Source of the DNA: Octopus sinensis
Taxonomy: Eukaryota
Length of the DNA stretch: 9,008 bases
Assembly (NCBI RefSeq): GCF_006345805.1
Contig: NW_021828204.1
Coordinates: 1-9,008, forward strand
Direction of reading: 5' to 3'
Shown: positions 7,550 to 9,008 of the stretch, piece by piece
How the letters are laid out: each line of letters begins with the position of its first letter
How positions within the stretch are numbered: the first letter of the stretch is position 1
Program-made: the position numbers and the translations under genes
The notes under the pieces: model-generated
Told to the model about the DNA's origin: nothing
Database searches by the model: none
Seen by the model: only the letters and a program-made list of their open reading frames with translations

Positions 7550-7746
7550 TCGTTCATTCTTTTATTCTTGTTTCAGCCATTGGGCTTCAGCCTTGCTGGG
7601 TTTTTTTTTTTACTTCCTTTCATGTTTCGTACCTATTCTATAGCGTTTTTGCCGAGCAGCAAAGTCATGTAGCGTAAACAAACGAACATCGGTTGTGAGG
7701 CGGTGTGGAGAAAAAAAAAACACATATACATACACATACTCCCTCC

Positions 7747-7780
<34 letters not shown>

Positions 7781-7795
7781 TTTATATATATGACT
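7550..7795 (-). mobile_element. Diverged SINE 3' half with internal deletion, ending in microsatellite
   Basis: ttcttgtttcagccattgggct..gcc.tgctggg...gtacctattctat...ttttgccgagc.gc.aag...gtaaacaaac.aacatcggttgt.aggcggtg is colinear with copy 1. Confidence 0.75.
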
Positions 7796-8037
7796 ATGTA
7801 TGTTTTACCTATGTTATGTTTTATTTTTCAGTAATATTATGATATTATGATAGTCGAAATTAGTAGAAACAATTCTGTGTAGTCAGTAACACGATCGACA
7901 TACAAGCGATACTCATGTGGTTTGATTCTTGCAATAGGAGGAATACTCCTTTTCTTGTCTTAGGCACAAACATCTAAGTAGATTATATACACACACAGAT
8001 GGACAAACGTATACATGTATGTATGTATGTTTGTATG

Positions 8038-8520
8038 TAACTTAGAATAACTTAGAAAGGTTTTGGCCAGTATTGGCCCAGGCCATGTCTAACTTAATAG
8101 CACCACCTGGCGAATCTTTCAATTCAGGATTTGGGCACCAAGGCCCATTCGAGCAGAGAGTTATTGTTTGCGGAGACATATCCGGGTGTGGGTGATTTGT
8201 CCGGGACTGTTTGAAGGAATTTGTCCAAAGACTTCTTGAATTTTGTGTGGTCAGTTTCTTTTTTGATGTGTCCTGGTGTAATGTTGAAGAGAGCGGGTCT
8301 AATTGAGGTGAAATAGTTGCGCCGTATTGTCGTTATGTGATGCGATTTAGATTTTTGTTGTGGACAGATGGCACGTGGTCCATGCTTTGGATGTATTTTG
8401 AAGGTGATGCCAACATCATTCGGACAGTGCTGATGGAATATTTTCCACATCATACAGATAATGTAGCGTTCACGGCGTCGTTGGAGTGAATACAGTTTCA
8501 GCTTCTGGAGTGAATACAGT
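8038..8520 (-). mobile_element. 5'-truncated CR1-type non-LTR retrotransposon (LINE), 3'-terminal 483 nt
   Basis: ORF2 C-terminal motif LKLYSLQRRRERYIICMMWKI (CR1/L2-group L.LYSLERRRER type). Short 3' UTR with GGCCA-atac-TGGCC hairpin (8065-8078) and terminal tandem repeat (TTCTAAGTTA)x2 (8038-8057), reminiscent of CR1 ATTCTRTG tails. Inserted in a (TATG)n tract. Confidence 0.88.
8124..8519 (-). pseudogene. C-terminal 131 codons of LINE ORF2 (downstream of the RT domain), frame uninterrupted
   Basis: Extending ORF 8124-8453 upstream in frame gives LYSLQKLKLYSLQRRRERYIICMMWKIFHQHCPNDVGITF...FKKSLDKFLQTVPDKSPTPGYVSANNNSLLEW...stop. No native start codon, so a fragment. Confidence 0.85.
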
Positions 8521-8627
8521 GTATGTTGGTATGTATGTCTGTATGTATGCTGTATTGCACTTCAGAGTATGTCTGTACGTGTTTAGTGAAGACATGCAAA
8601 CATCTTGTCTGTTTATACAATATCTTC

Positions 8628-8628
<1 letters not shown>

Positions 8629-8658
<30 letters not shown>

Positions 8659-8696
8659 TGTATGTATGTATGTATGTATGTATGTATGTATGTATG

Positions 8697-8748
<52 letters not shown>
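8629..8748. repeat. Compound perfect (TATG)17(TATC)13 microsatellite
   Basis: tatg 8629-8696 switches directly to tatc 8697-8748. Confidence 0.98.
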
Positions 8749-8749
<1 letters not shown>

Positions 8750-9008
8750 GTGTGTGAGTATGAATGTATGCGTGTGTACGTATGTATGTATAAATGTATG
8801 CATATATATATATGTTTGTATGTATATACACACGCAAACACACACATACACACATATACACACACATACATACATACATATATGTGTGTGTGTGTATAAA
8901 CATATACAACTCAAACACACACCATACACGCATATATACCTACATGTACAGAAACACATACACACATATGCGCATACACACATGTACACACCCAAATACA
9001 TGCACACA
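8749..9008. repeat. Low-complexity TG/TA/CA mosaic
   Basis: Degenerate dinucleotide tracts up to the window end. Confidence 0.88.

Noticed and set aside
7229-7795. Treating the SINE 5' half at 7229-7396 and 3' half at 7550-7795 as one element
   Set aside because: On the minus strand the 3' half lies upstream of the head, the wrong order; they are separate copies.
4940-8123. The CR1 fragment as the partner LINE of the SINE
   Set aside because: The 3' ends share no sequence: SINE hairpin CAGTC/GACTG with AAAAGAGT tail versus LINE hairpin GGCCA/TGGCC with TTCTAAGTTA tail.
1-9008. CRISPR array, prokaryotic operon or viral genes
   Set aside because: No repeat-spacer periodicity and no gene-dense structure; the recurrent sequences are dispersed SINE copies at irregular spacing and in both orientations.

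Overview
AT-rich, microsatellite-dense eukaryotic (animal) non-coding DNA. The repeat types strongly suggest an octopus/coleoid cephalopod genome; this is recalled similarity, not a database result. The window holds about nine copies or fragments of one tRNA-derived SINE family with an internal (TA)n/(TG)n microsatellite. Two are near full length (3231-3627 minus, 4574-5003 plus), ~94% identical in the 5' half and inverted; the second has a 22-29 nt target-site duplication. There is also a 5'-truncated CR1-type LINE (8038-8520, minus) with an uninterrupted ORF2 C-terminus, and many simple repeats. Almost all ORFs in the supplied track are microsatellite artefacts. The best host-gene evidence is two small candidate minus-strand exons (5269-5221 and 121-53) with good splice signals; joined, they give an open frame resembling the start of an Ig domain, which would make most of the window intronic. 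I see no prokaryotic features and no convincing wholly new system. The most promising leads are the candidate gene, the inverted SINE pair in its putative intron, and the modular behaviour of the SINE.
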